NCBI GenBank assembly: GCA_964654945.1
Contig: CAZZLN010000003.1
Location: 3,398-67,397, forward strand
Direction: 5' to 3'
Origin: an uncultured Lachnospiraceae bacterium
Lineage (GTDB): Bacteria; Bacillota; Clostridia; Lachnospirales; CAG-274
DNA: 64,000 nt
The notes under the pieces are model-generated. The model was given only the letters and a program-made list of their open reading frames with translations, did not search any database and was not told the DNA's origin. Position numbers and translations under genes: made by a program. The number at the start of each line of letters is the position of its first letter. Positions within the stretch are counted from its first letter, which is position 1. Below, piece after piece: positions 41,201 to 48,830 of the stretch.

Positions 41201-42600
41201 CAAGAGCACATAAATACTGTGAGGAGCTTTTTGGTAAAGGACACGTTTTTAAAGCAGGAACAATAGCAACTCTACAGGATAAAACTGTGTTTGGCTATGT
41301 AAAAAAATATTGTGAGGCAAAAGGCATTACAATGACCAATGCTGAAATGAAAAAGCTTGTTGCAGGCTGTGTTGGTGTTAAACGCTCAACAGGTCAGCAT
41401 CCGGGGGGTCTTGTAGTTGTGCCTGATTATACGGATATTCATGAATTTTGTCCTATCCAGCATCCTGCAAACAAGGCTTCATCAGGCGTTACAACTACAC
41501 ATTTTGATTACCATAAAATTGACAGCTGCCTTTTAAAGCTTGATATGCTTGGTCATGATGTGCCTACAATACTTAGAATGTTTTATGATATTACAGGTTT
41601 TGACCCGTTAAAAGTGCCTATGAATGATAAAGAAACAATGTCGCTTTTTACAAGTCCAAAGGCACTTGGAGTTACTGAAGAACAGATACACTGCAAAACA
41701 GGTTCTCTTGGACTTCCTGAATTTGGCACACCTTTTGTTATTGGTATGCTTTTGGAAACTCATCCAAACTCATTTTCAGGTCTTGTTAAAATTTCAGGAC
41801 TTTCACATGGTACTGATGTGTGGAATGGCAATGCACAGGTTCTTATCGAGGAGGGAACCTGTACCCTTAATGAAGTTATTCCTACACGTGATGATATAAT
41901 GGTTTATCTTATATTGCATAACGTGCCTAATAAAGAAGCATTTGATATAATGGAGCATGTAAGAAAGGGTAAAGGACTTACTCCCGATGAGGAAGCTTTA
42001 ATGCGTGAGCATAATGTGCCTGACTGGTACATAGCAAGCTGTAAAAAAATTCAATATATGTTTCCCAAAGGTCATGCTGTTGCTTACTGCACAAATACGT
42101 TTAGAATAGGATATTTTAAGATTAATTACCCTCACGCATTTTATGCTGCATTTTTTTCAGTGAAATATGAGGATTTTGATTATGAGCTTATGTGTAATGG
42201 TATTGAGAAAGCAGAAGAATTTTATAACTATGTTCAGTCATTAGGAAAAGAAGCAACTGATAAGGATAAAAATAAAGCTGATATTATAAAACTTGTTATA
42301 GAAATGTATGTCAGAGGTCTTGATTTTGTACCTATTGATATTTATCAGTCAGAGGCTACAAAATTTAAGGTAGTTGAAAATGAAAAGGGTAAAAAGCTGT
42401 TAATGCCTCCTTTATGCACTATACAGGGTTTTGGTATAACTGTTGCTGAGGCTTTAATTGAGGCAAGAAAAGATGGTGAATTTGCTACTCTTGAAGATAT
42501 GCAGCTAAGGACAGGCTTTGGAAAAAAGACAATTCAGCTTTTAAAAGATGCTCATGTAGTAGATCATATAAGAGATACTGCTCAGCTTACATTATTTTAA
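38248..42600 (+). CDS. polC: DNA polymerase III PolC-type
   Basis: PHP motif VELHLHTTMSMMDG, 3'-5' exonuclease motif VVFDIETTGL...HNASFD...HRAVNDA, zinc module CPNC...CPICG and polymerase core. AAGGTGA RBS before the ATG at 38248. Confidence 0.95.
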   Translation: MEKLAFPNVFKNINLSANVKSILKNTYVGDVSFKVNTATMSFRILSDTFFDESCLEDLKSDIYESFPSIENVDIFVNYPMADLSDEEKIEAYLPKITENIRKKNTLAAKLIDECDWKIDGSNIIFNVDHNGSYLLEYLDIHNLIQKILRTRLNMNYGVLFKNKELSNEKPDFSNIVDTVKVPEVSDKAKVTAPAVSDKKYTRPNKAKKVTANEITEEALTISQAIAQMGNLVVKGQIFSEAEIVETRSGKCIVKSVIRDKTGALSVKMFCEPDEYKLKFKAFFNHKKKPYVKIKGNLLPDKYENNEPVLMINNITFGTAPICKTDDADVKRVELHLHTTMSMMDGVTPAEEYIKRALKWGHKAIAITDHGVVQAFPEAMHAVDGDEIKILYGCEGYLVNDMGAVVKNSKGQSLDSTYVVFDIETTGLKKEIDKIIEIGAVKISKGKVIDRFSTFVNPNMEISQEITKLTGIDNSMVKDYESEDIIIPKFLEFIGDSVLVAHNASFDVSFIRQWAANHNIVIDNTVADTVELGRILLPKLHNFKLDTICEALNVSLKGHHRAVNDAEATAECFINFIEMLKNEDVLNLDEVNVFGAKNIDKAKIAKRYHIILFAKNQRGIKALYQLVSAAHINYFNVRSGKPHFPKSEILKYRDDLILGSACEAGDLYDAVYNNLPEEDIKEIVDFYDYLEVQPLGNNAYMINNQSKNGKTVKSIDDLIEINKKIIALGDKYNKPVAATGDVHFMDPEDADYRKIVQIGEGFKLEDIENQAPLYYRTTQEMLDEFYYIDPEKAYEIVVTNTNLIADMIDDGIYAVPNKKCPPVIEGADDELREITTKKAKSIYGDPLPKIVEDRLNRELDSIIGNGYAVLYIIAQKLVWDSNAHGYIVGSRGSVGSSFAATMAGITEVNPLDPHYVCPNCKYSDFDSEEVKKAAGNSGFDLPDKKCPICGAELNKDGQAIPFETFLGFNGDKEPDIDLNFSGEDQTRAHKYCEELFGKGHVFKAGTIATLQDKTVFGYVKKYCEAKGITMTNAEMKKLVAGCVGVKRSTGQHPGGLVVVPDYTDIHEFCPIQHPANKASSGVTTTHFDYHKIDSCLLKLDMLGHDVPTILRMFYDITGFDPLKVPMNDKETMSLFTSPKALGVTEEQIHCKTGSLGLPEFGTPFVIGMLLETHPNSFSGLVKISGLSHGTDVWNGNAQVLIEEGTCTLNEVIPTRDDIMVYLILHNVPNKEAFDIMEHVRKGKGLTPDEEALMREHNVPDWYIASCKKIQYMFPKGHAVAYCTNTFRIGYFKINYPHAFYAAFFSVKYEDFDYELMCNGIEKAEEFYNYVQSLGKEATDKDKNKADIIKLVIEMYVRGLDFVPIDIYQSEATKFKVVENEKGKKLLMPPLCTIQGFGITVAEALIEARKDGEFATLEDMQLRTGFGKKTIQLLKDAHVVDHIRDTAQLTLF

Positions 42601-42635
42601 AAAAGCATCATTGCTTAAACAGCAGTGGTGCTTTT
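42601..42635. terminator. Bidirectional terminator between polC and the convergent small gene
   Basis: 15-bp stem AAAAGCATCATTGCT / AGCAGTGGTGCTTTT (two G-U pairs), loop TAAAC. The A-run and T-run flanks would work on both strands. Confidence 0.6.
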
Positions 42636-42643
42636 AATATTTG

Positions 42644-42877
42644 TTATGAAATTGAATTGGCATAGTCAATACCTTTATCTGTCAATGACATTCTTGTTTT
42701 TTTATCTGATTGAAAAATTACATTGACATATCCGGCTTCTTCAAGTTTTTTAATTGCTTCTTTATAGCTCTGTATTTTATTAATATTTTCTGTTTTATAT
42801 TGAAAACTGTAGCTGTCGCCGCCTGTTAAATATGATTGATATAATCTGTCAAAAATTAATTCTTGGGTTTTATCCAT
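42644..42877 (-). CDS. Small hypothetical protein (about 77 aa), possibly winged-helix-like
   Basis: AAGAGGTG RBS 6 nt before the ATG at 42877. The C-terminal pattern EEAGYVNV...LTDKGIDYA resembles small wHTH proteins. No function can be assigned. Confidence 0.5.
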   Translation of the reverse strand: MDKTQELIFDRLYQSYLTGGDSYSFQYKTENINKIQSYKEAIKKLEEAGYVNVIFQSDKKTRMSLTDKGIDYANSIS

Positions 42878-43022
42878 TGTCAGCACCTCTTAAATATTTT
42901 TATTAACTATAGTATACAATTTATTTAAGAAAAAATCAAGGCAGTAAAAGTAATATATAATTTATGTATAATTTCTAAATAATTCCTAAAAATATATTTA
43001 TAAAATTTTTGGAGGTTATTTT

Positions 43023-43610
43023 ATGGATTTTAAAAACAGTACAACAAAAGAAAATCTTATGAGAGCTTTTGCGGGAGAAAGTCAGGCAAGAAACAGATAT
43101 GTATTTAGTGCTGAAAAGGCTGAAAACTCAAATCTGTATGTAGTTTCTGCAATATTCAGATTTACTGCTGTTCAGGAACAGGCTCATGCAAAGGCGTTTT
43201 ATGAAAAGCTTACTGAACTTGCAGATCAAAATATTTCAATTGACGGCAATTATCCGATAAATATATATGAAGATGTTGTTAAAATGCTCAGAGCTGCTCA
43301 GCACAACGAATTTCAGGAATATGAGTGTGATTATAAAAAATTCAGTGAAATAGCAAGAGAGGAGGGCTTTATGGATATTTCAGCTCTCTTTAAGAATATT
43401 GCAGAAGTAGAAAAAACACATGGAGAAAGATTTGGCAGAATTGCAGATTTACTTGAACAGGATAAGTTATTTATTTCTGATACTCAAACACAATGGGTTT
43501 GTTTAAACTGCGGATATACTTCCGTTAATAATAAGGCACCTGAGAGATGCCCTGTTTGCAATGTAAATAAAGGATATTTTTTAAGAATTGAAATGTATCC
43601 CTATATTTAA
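43023..43610 (+). CDS. rbr: Rubrerythrin (ferritin-like domain followed by a C-terminal rubredoxin-like domain)
   Basis: N-terminus ENLMRAFAGESQARNRY, EQAHA and EKTHGERF di-iron motifs, and C-terminal CLNCGY...CPVC. Confidence 0.9.
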   Translation: MDFKNSTTKENLMRAFAGESQARNRYVFSAEKAENSNLYVVSAIFRFTAVQEQAHAKAFYEKLTELADQNISIDGNYPINIYEDVVKMLRAAQHNEFQEYECDYKKFSEIAREEGFMDISALFKNIAEVEKTHGERFGRIADLLEQDKLFISDTQTQWVCLNCGYTSVNNKAPERCPVCNVNKGYFLRIEMYPYI

Positions 43611-43624
43611 TTTAAAATTAAATA

Positions 43625-43654
43625 GCTGCTGCAAAATTACGAAATTGCAGCAGC
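43625..43654. terminator. Hairpin shared by the convergent rubrerythrin genes
   Basis: Perfect 10-bp stem GCTGCTGCAA / TTGCAGCAGC with a 10-nt loop. Only weak T-runs on either side. Confidence 0.5.
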
Positions 43655-43671
43655 CTGAATATGTTTAAATA

Positions 43672-44214
43672 TTAGTTGAAATATCTTTTAAGTAAGCCCT
43701 GAAATGCACAACCATGTCTTGCTTCATCCTTAGCCATTTCATGAACTGTATCATGAATTGCATCAAGGTTAAGAGCTTTAGCCTTTTTAGCTAAATCTAA
43801 TTTACCGGCAGTTGCACCATGTTCAGCGGCAACTCTTAATTCAAGATTTTTCTTAGTAGAAGAAGTAACAACCTCACCTAATAATTCTGCAAACTTAGCA
43901 GCGTGTTCAGCTTCTTCAAAAGCAATTCTCTTATAAGCCTCTGCAACCTCAGGATAACCCTCTCTGTCTGCTACACGACTCATAGCAAGATACATACCAA
44001 CTTCAGTACATTCGCCTGTAAAGTTTTCCTGTAAACCTGAATAGATTTCAGGGTCAACACCTTCAGCTACACCAACTCTATGTTCATCAGCAAATACTAA
44101 GTCACCGGACTGTTCAATAAACTTAGAAGCAGGAGCCTTACAGATAGGACAGACTTCAGGAGCCTCAGGACCTTCATGAACATAACCGCAAATCATACAT
44201 ACAAATTTTTTCAT
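43672..44214 (-). CDS. Reverse rubrerythrin (N-terminal rubredoxin-like domain followed by a ferritin-like domain)
   Basis: N-terminal CMICGY...CPICK, followed by the di-iron helices [21 protein letters not shown] and DEARHGCAF. Confidence 0.85.
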   Translation of the reverse strand: MKKFVCMICGYVHEGPEAPEVCPICKAPASKFIEQSGDLVFADEHRVGVAEGVDPEIYSGLQENFTGECTEVGMYLAMSRVADREGYPEVAEAYKRIAFEEAEHAAKFAELLGEVVTSSTKKNLELRVAAEHGATAGKLDLAKKAKALNLDAIHDTVHEMAKDEARHGCAFQGLLKRYFN

Positions 44215-44236
44215 AATTATTAAACCTCCATATAAT

Positions 44237-44251
44237 TGATAATTATTATTA
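44237..44251. promoter_or_regulatory. Fur-family (Fur/PerR-type) 7-1-7 box candidate upstream of reverse rubrerythrin
   Basis: TGATAATTATTATTA matches TGATAATnATTATCA at 14 of 15 positions and the PerR form TTATAATnATTATAA at 13 of 15. It lies 23-37 nt upstream of the start codon at 44214. Confidence 0.35.
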
Positions 44252-44321
44252 ATTATATATACATTATAACATATTAAGCTCTTTTGTCAATAGTTTTTTT
44301 CTTAATATTTACCCCTAATTA

Positions 44322-44350
44322 TTGAATTGTTTTAAGCTTTGTGTTAAAAT
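44322..44350 (+). promoter_or_regulatory. Sigma-A-like promoter with extended -10 for the alarmone synthetase gene
   Basis: TTGAAT at 44322-44327, 17-nt spacer, TGT-TAAAAT with the -10 at 44345-44350. Confidence 0.45.
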
Positions 44351-44371
44351 ATTTATGAGGGAGTGGATAAT

Positions 44372-45163
44372 ATGAGTTTTCTTGATTGGAAAACCGAACT
44401 TTTACCTTTTGAAAAAGCGGTTGATGAGTTAATTGTAAAATTTAACGGAATAAAAAGTGAATATTTTATTTTAGAAAATACGTCGCCTATTGAACAGGTT
44501 GAGGGCAGACTTAAATCTGTTGCCAGCATTATTGAAAAAGCAAATAAAAGAAGAATACCATTAGATAAGGCACTGACTACTCTTGAAGATATAGCCGGAA
44601 TAAGAATTATTTGCAGATTTGTGCAGGATATTGATAAAGTAGTTGAAATTATCAGAAAAAGAGCAAATTATGATATGAAAATTCTTCAGGAAGAGGATTA
44701 CATAAATAATGTTAAGCAAAGCGGTTACAGAAGCTATCATATGACTATTGAGTATAATGTAATTATGAATAATGAAGCTTTTCCTGTAAAATGTGAAATT
44801 CAAATTCGCACCCTTGCTATGGATTTTTGGGCTAAAATTGAACATTCAATGAGGTATAAATATAATGGCAAGGTTCCTGATGATATAAAAAAGAGATTAC
44901 ATTCATGTTCTGAAGCAGCATTTAATCTGGATATGGAAATGTCAAGAATACGTCAGGATTTAATTGAAGCAAGAGATTTAATATCTGACAGAGATAATAT
45001 TGTGGACGCAATTATTGCCAATATTCATAAATTGTCATTACATATTTCTATGGAAGAAATGAGTGAATTTAATTATCAATTTCTTGAATTATATCAGGAG
45101 GGAAATATTGATAAGCTTTCAGAGTTTAATGCCCAGCTTGAAGATTTGAATGGGGAGTATTAG
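44372..45163 (+). CDS. relQ: Small alarmone synthetase (RelQ/YjbM-type GTP pyrophosphokinase) with a C-terminal extension of about 50 aa
   Basis: RelA_SpoT synthetase motifs DIAGIRIICRF, GYRSYHMTIEY and EIQIRTLAMDFWAKIEHSMRYKY. Collinear with B. subtilis YjbM over about 210 aa. GAGGGAG RBS before the ATG at 44372. Confidence 0.85.
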   Translation: MSFLDWKTELLPFEKAVDELIVKFNGIKSEYFILENTSPIEQVEGRLKSVASIIEKANKRRIPLDKALTTLEDIAGIRIICRFVQDIDKVVEIIRKRANYDMKILQEEDYINNVKQSGYRSYHMTIEYNVIMNNEAFPVKCEIQIRTLAMDFWAKIEHSMRYKYNGKVPDDIKKRLHSCSEAAFNLDMEMSRIRQDLIEARDLISDRDNIVDAIIANIHKLSLHISMEEMSEFNYQFLELYQEGNIDKLSEFNAQLEDLNGEY

Positions 45164-45166
45164 CAT

Positions 45167-45856
45167 ATGTCTTTATTTGCAATTTCAGATTTACATTTAA
45201 GTGCCTTCAAACCAAAGCCTATGGATATTTTTGATGAAATATGGAAAAACCATACAGAAAAGATACTCTTTAACTGGAATAATATTGTGCTTGATGACGA
45301 TTTTGTGCTTGTACCGGGTGATTTAACTTGGGGGAAAAATTTAACAGAAGCAAAGCCTGATCTTGATTTTATATCTGAATTAAAAGGCAGTAAAATATTT
45401 ATTCAGGGAAATCACGATTATTTTTGGAATTCAACTCAAAGGCTAAATTCAATGTATAATAATATGTATTTTGTAAAAAATTCATATTTTGTGTATGATA
45501 ATGTTGCAATATGCGGTACAAGAGGTTGGGTGTGCCCCAATGATTCAAGATATACTCAGCACGATGAAAAAATTTATTTAAGAGAAGCAGGCAGATTGAA
45601 AAAATCAATTGAATTGGCATTAAAAAATGGATATTCAAAAATTATTGTTGCAACACATTTTCCGCCTACAAATGATAAAAAGGAAAATTCTCTGTTTGTA
45701 GATATACTAAAAGAATATAATATTAAAAATGTTATTTATGGTCATCTTCATGGAAAAGATAAATATAATAGCAGTTTTCTGGGAAATGTAGACGGCATAA
45801 ATTATAAATTAGTATCGGCTGATTATCTTAATTTCAGCCCTGTTAAAATTATGTAA
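45167..45856 (+). CDS. Calcineurin-like metallophosphoesterase of unknown substrate
   Basis: MPP motifs ISDLHL, PGDLTWG, GNHDY, THFPP and GHLHG. It starts 4 nt after the stop of the alarmone synthetase gene. Confidence 0.75.
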   Translation: MSLFAISDLHLSAFKPKPMDIFDEIWKNHTEKILFNWNNIVLDDDFVLVPGDLTWGKNLTEAKPDLDFISELKGSKIFIQGNHDYFWNSTQRLNSMYNNMYFVKNSYFVYDNVAICGTRGWVCPNDSRYTQHDEKIYLREAGRLKKSIELALKNGYSKIIVATHFPPTNDKKENSLFVDILKEYNIKNVIYGHLHGKDKYNSSFLGNVDGINYKLVSADYLNFSPVKIM

Positions 45857-45867
45857 GGAGAAAAATT

Positions 45868-46389
45868 ATGAGTAAAAACCCAATTGTAACATTTGAAATG
45901 GCAACAGGAGATATAATTAAGGTTGAATTATATCCTGATATTGCACCTAATACAGTTAATAACTTTATAAGTCTTGTAAATCATGGCTTTTATGATGGAC
46001 TCATTTTCCACAGAGTAATAAAAAATTTTATGATTCAGGGCGGTTGTCCTGAGGGTACAGGTATGGGTGGTCCCGGCTACAGTATTAAAGGTGAATTTGC
46101 TTTAAACGGATTTGAAAATAATTTAAAACACACAGAAGGTGTTATTTCAATGGCAAGAAGTTCTATGCCAAATTCAGCAGGTTCCCAGTTTTTTATAATG
46201 CACAAAGCCTCTCCTCATCTTGACGGCTCATATGCAGCCTTTGGAAAGGTAACAGAGGGTATTGATGTTGTAAATAAAATTGCTGAAACAGCGACTGATT
46301 ATTCTGACCGACCTTATGAAGATCAGGTTATGAAAAAAGTAACAGTTGAAACCTTTGGTGAAACCTATCCTGAGCCTGAAACCTTTTAA
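45868..46389 (+). CDS. ppiB: Peptidylprolyl isomerase, cyclophilin type
   Basis: FHRVIKNFMIQGG, SMARS..PNSAGSQFFI and FGKV motifs. Confidence 0.9.
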   Translation: MSKNPIVTFEMATGDIIKVELYPDIAPNTVNNFISLVNHGFYDGLIFHRVIKNFMIQGGCPEGTGMGGPGYSIKGEFALNGFENNLKHTEGVISMARSSMPNSAGSQFFIMHKASPHLDGSYAAFGKVTEGIDVVNKIAETATDYSDRPYEDQVMKKVTVETFGETYPEPETF

Positions 46390-46443
46390 TTCTAATTTTA
46401 TTTTAATGTTAAATTAATTTTTGTTTAAGCATTATGTTGTATT

Positions 46444-46480
46444 ATAAACCACAGATAAATAATGTGTCTGTGGTTTATTT
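46444..46480 (+). terminator. Intrinsic terminator after ppiB
   Basis: 12-bp stem ATAAACCACAGA / TCTGTGGTTTAT with an 11-nt loop, followed by a T-rich stretch. Confidence 0.6.
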
Positions 46481-46501
46481 AATATTTAATAGGAGGTTAT
46501 T

Positions 46502-47191
46502 ATGGAAGTAAAAAATAAAATACTTATTATTGAAGATGAAACAAAACTTGCGAGATTTGTTGAACTTGAATTAACACATGAGGGCTATGATGTTGTTGTT
46601 GCTAATGACGGCAGAACAGGTGTTGAATATTTTTTTGAACATAATCCCGATATAATTTTGCTTGATTTAATGCTTCCTCAGTTAAATGGTATTGAAGTAT
46701 GCAGAAGAATACGAAAAGAATCTGATATTCCGATTATTATGCTTACTGCAAAGGGAGAAGTAATGGATAAAGTAGTAGGTCTTGACAGTGGAGCAGATGA
46801 CTATATGACAAAGCCCTTTGCCATTGAGGAACTCCTTGCAAGAATAAGGGTTGCTCTTAGAAGAAATACAGAAAACACAACTCTGAATAAAGATATTCTT
46901 AAATTAAAAAATATGGAAATAAACACTGCCGGCAGAATTGTAACTGTTGATGGCACTGAAATTGAATTGACAAAAAGAGAATACGAACTGTTGGTTTATC
47001 TTGTTGAGAACAAAAATATTGTTTTAACCAGAGAACAGATATTAAATAAAGTATGGGGTTATGATTATGTTGGTGAAACAAATGTTGTAGACGTTTATGT
47101 CAGATATTTAAGAACAAAAATTGATGATAAGTTTAATATTAAGTTTATACATACAATAAGAGGTGTTGGGTATTTTGCTAAAGATGAATAA
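46502..47191 (+). CDS. OmpR-family response regulator
   Basis: Receiver domain (ILIIEDE, DLMLP, LTAKG) plus a winged-helix output domain (LTKREYELLVYL, IHTIRGVGY). Confidence 0.9.
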   Translation: MEVKNKILIIEDETKLARFVELELTHEGYDVVVANDGRTGVEYFFEHNPDIILLDLMLPQLNGIEVCRRIRKESDIPIIMLTAKGEVMDKVVGLDSGADDYMTKPFAIEELLARIRVALRRNTENTTLNKDILKLKNMEINTAGRIVTVDGTEIELTKREYELLVYLVENKNIVLTREQILNKVWGYDYVGETNVVDVYVRYLRTKIDDKFNIKFIHTIRGVGYFAKDE

Positions 47192-48569
47192 ATTTAATAA
47201 AATGACTATAAGCTCAAAAATAACCTTAATATATACCTGTCTTTTTTCAGTTGTGCTTATTATAATATCCTGTTTTATTATAGGAAATACTTGGATATAT
47301 TATAACAGTGCATCAAAAAATGAAATGGAGGCTGTTGCTGATAAAGTTGAAAATTACATATTATCAGGAGGAGAAATTACAAGAGATAGTCTTAAAAATG
47401 TTATTGATAATAAATATATTGAAGTCAGGGTTACAACAAGGGATAATGATTTGAATGAAGGTACAATGGACAGACCTGATTTATATCCTAAATTTAATTT
47501 TGACGATTTGCCTAAAGATACACCGCCTAATTTAAAAGAAAATCATTTCAGTATGAAAGAAATTTCACAGGCAGAATATATGATTAATCACAGAACATTT
47601 GAATATAACGGAAAAATGTATAACATACAGGTATTCAGATTGTTTAACCATGAGCAGCAAATGATAAATATATTTCTTATAGTTTTTTTATTATGTAATA
47701 TTGCTGCAGTATTTGTTGCCTTTATATTTGGCAGATATATAAGCAAAAAAATGCTTAAACCTATAAGAGATGTTACTGCTGCGGCAGATAATATAAGCAT
47801 TAACGATTTGCAGCAAAGAATCGAAGTGCCTGAAGCTGATGATGAAATCAGAACACTTATTGTTACATTTAATGATATGATTACAAGGCTTGAAGAATCA
47901 TTTAACAAACAAAAGCAGTTTATTTCAGATGCTTCTCATGAATTAAAAACCCCTATAGCAGTTATTCAGGGATATGTGAATCTTATTGACAGATGGGGTA
48001 AAAGTGATGAAGCAATACTTAAAGAATCAATTGACTCTATTAAATCTGAAACAGAGCATATGAATAATCTGGTTCAGCAACTTTTGTTTCTTGCCAGAGC
48101 TGATAATAACAGAGGCAGTATTAACAAAGAAAATATTTCACTTAATTCCATAGCGGAAGATGTGCTAAAAGATATTACTGTATTAGATGAAAATATTGAA
48201 ACAAAATTAATTGCTGATAAAGAATGTGAAATATATGGTGATATGCATTTGATACGCCAGTTAATGTGGATATTCTGTGAAAATGCAATAAAATATAAGA
48301 GTGATAAACCGTTAGAGATTATAATAACTGTAGGTGAAGAAGCCGGTTCAGCTTATTTTTCAATAAAAGATAATGGTATTGGAATTGATGAGAAATCACT
48401 TCCTTATATATTTGATAGATTTTTCAGAGCAGATCAATCAAGAAATAAGACAATTGAAGGAAACGGACTTGGTCTTTCTATTGCTGACTGGATAATAAAA
48501 ACTCATAAAGCTTCAATTGAGGTTAAAAGCAAATTAGGAGAGGGCAGTGAATTTATTGTAAAATTTTAA
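47184..48569 (+). CDS. Sensor histidine kinase (two TM segments, HAMP, HisKA, HATPase)
   Basis: H-box SHELKTPI, N-box ENAIKY, G-boxes DNGIGI and GNGLGLSI. The ATG at 47184 overlaps the end of the regulator gene. Confidence 0.85.
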   Translation: MNKFNKMTISSKITLIYTCLFSVVLIIISCFIIGNTWIYYNSASKNEMEAVADKVENYILSGGEITRDSLKNVIDNKYIEVRVTTRDNDLNEGTMDRPDLYPKFNFDDLPKDTPPNLKENHFSMKEISQAEYMINHRTFEYNGKMYNIQVFRLFNHEQQMINIFLIVFLLCNIAAVFVAFIFGRYISKKMLKPIRDVTAAADNISINDLQQRIEVPEADDEIRTLIVTFNDMITRLEESFNKQKQFISDASHELKTPIAVIQGYVNLIDRWGKSDEAILKESIDSIKSETEHMNNLVQQLLFLARADNNRGSINKENISLNSIAEDVLKDITVLDENIETKLIADKECEIYGDMHLIRQLMWIFCENAIKYKSDKPLEIIITVGEEAGSAYFSIKDNGIGIDEKSLPYIFDRFFRADQSRNKTIEGNGLGLSIADWIIKTHKASIEVKSKLGEGSEFIVKF

Positions 48570-48580
48570 ATATTTGTTTT

Positions 48581-48617
48581 AAGACTGATGTATAATAGGG
48601 TATATCAGTCTTTTTTC
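48581..48617 (+). terminator. Intrinsic terminator after the kinase gene
   Basis: Stem AAGACTGAT / ATCAGTCTT followed by TTTTTT. Confidence 0.65.
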
Positions 48618-48764
48618 TTGAAAAAATGTGTATTTATGCGGCTTTTAAGCATTTTTATTTTGCCGTTGTTAAATATCCGTACAAGTGCCAATTTTAAGAT
48701 AAAATAAAAATTTATGTTAAAAACAGCTTATTTTTAACTTTAATGTTTATGAAATTTCTTTTTC

Positions 48765-48793
48765 TTGAAAAATTAGAAGCTATGTTGTATAAT
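48765..48793 (+). promoter_or_regulatory. Sigma-A-like promoter for the ecf-truA operon
   Basis: TTGAAA at 48765-48770, 17-nt spacer, TATAAT at 48788-48793. A second TATAAT lies at 48794-48799. Confidence 0.4.
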
Positions 48794-48830
48794 TATAATG
48801 TATTTTTGTGTTGAAATAAGCGAGGCATAT

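Noticed and set aside
48611-48772. Repeated TTTTCTTGAAAAA element, with copies at about 48612 and 48757.
   Set aside because: It is short and AT-rich. One copy is simply the terminator T-run running into the next sequence, and the other contains the -35 TTGAAA of the ecf promoter. This is insufficient evidence for a specific site.
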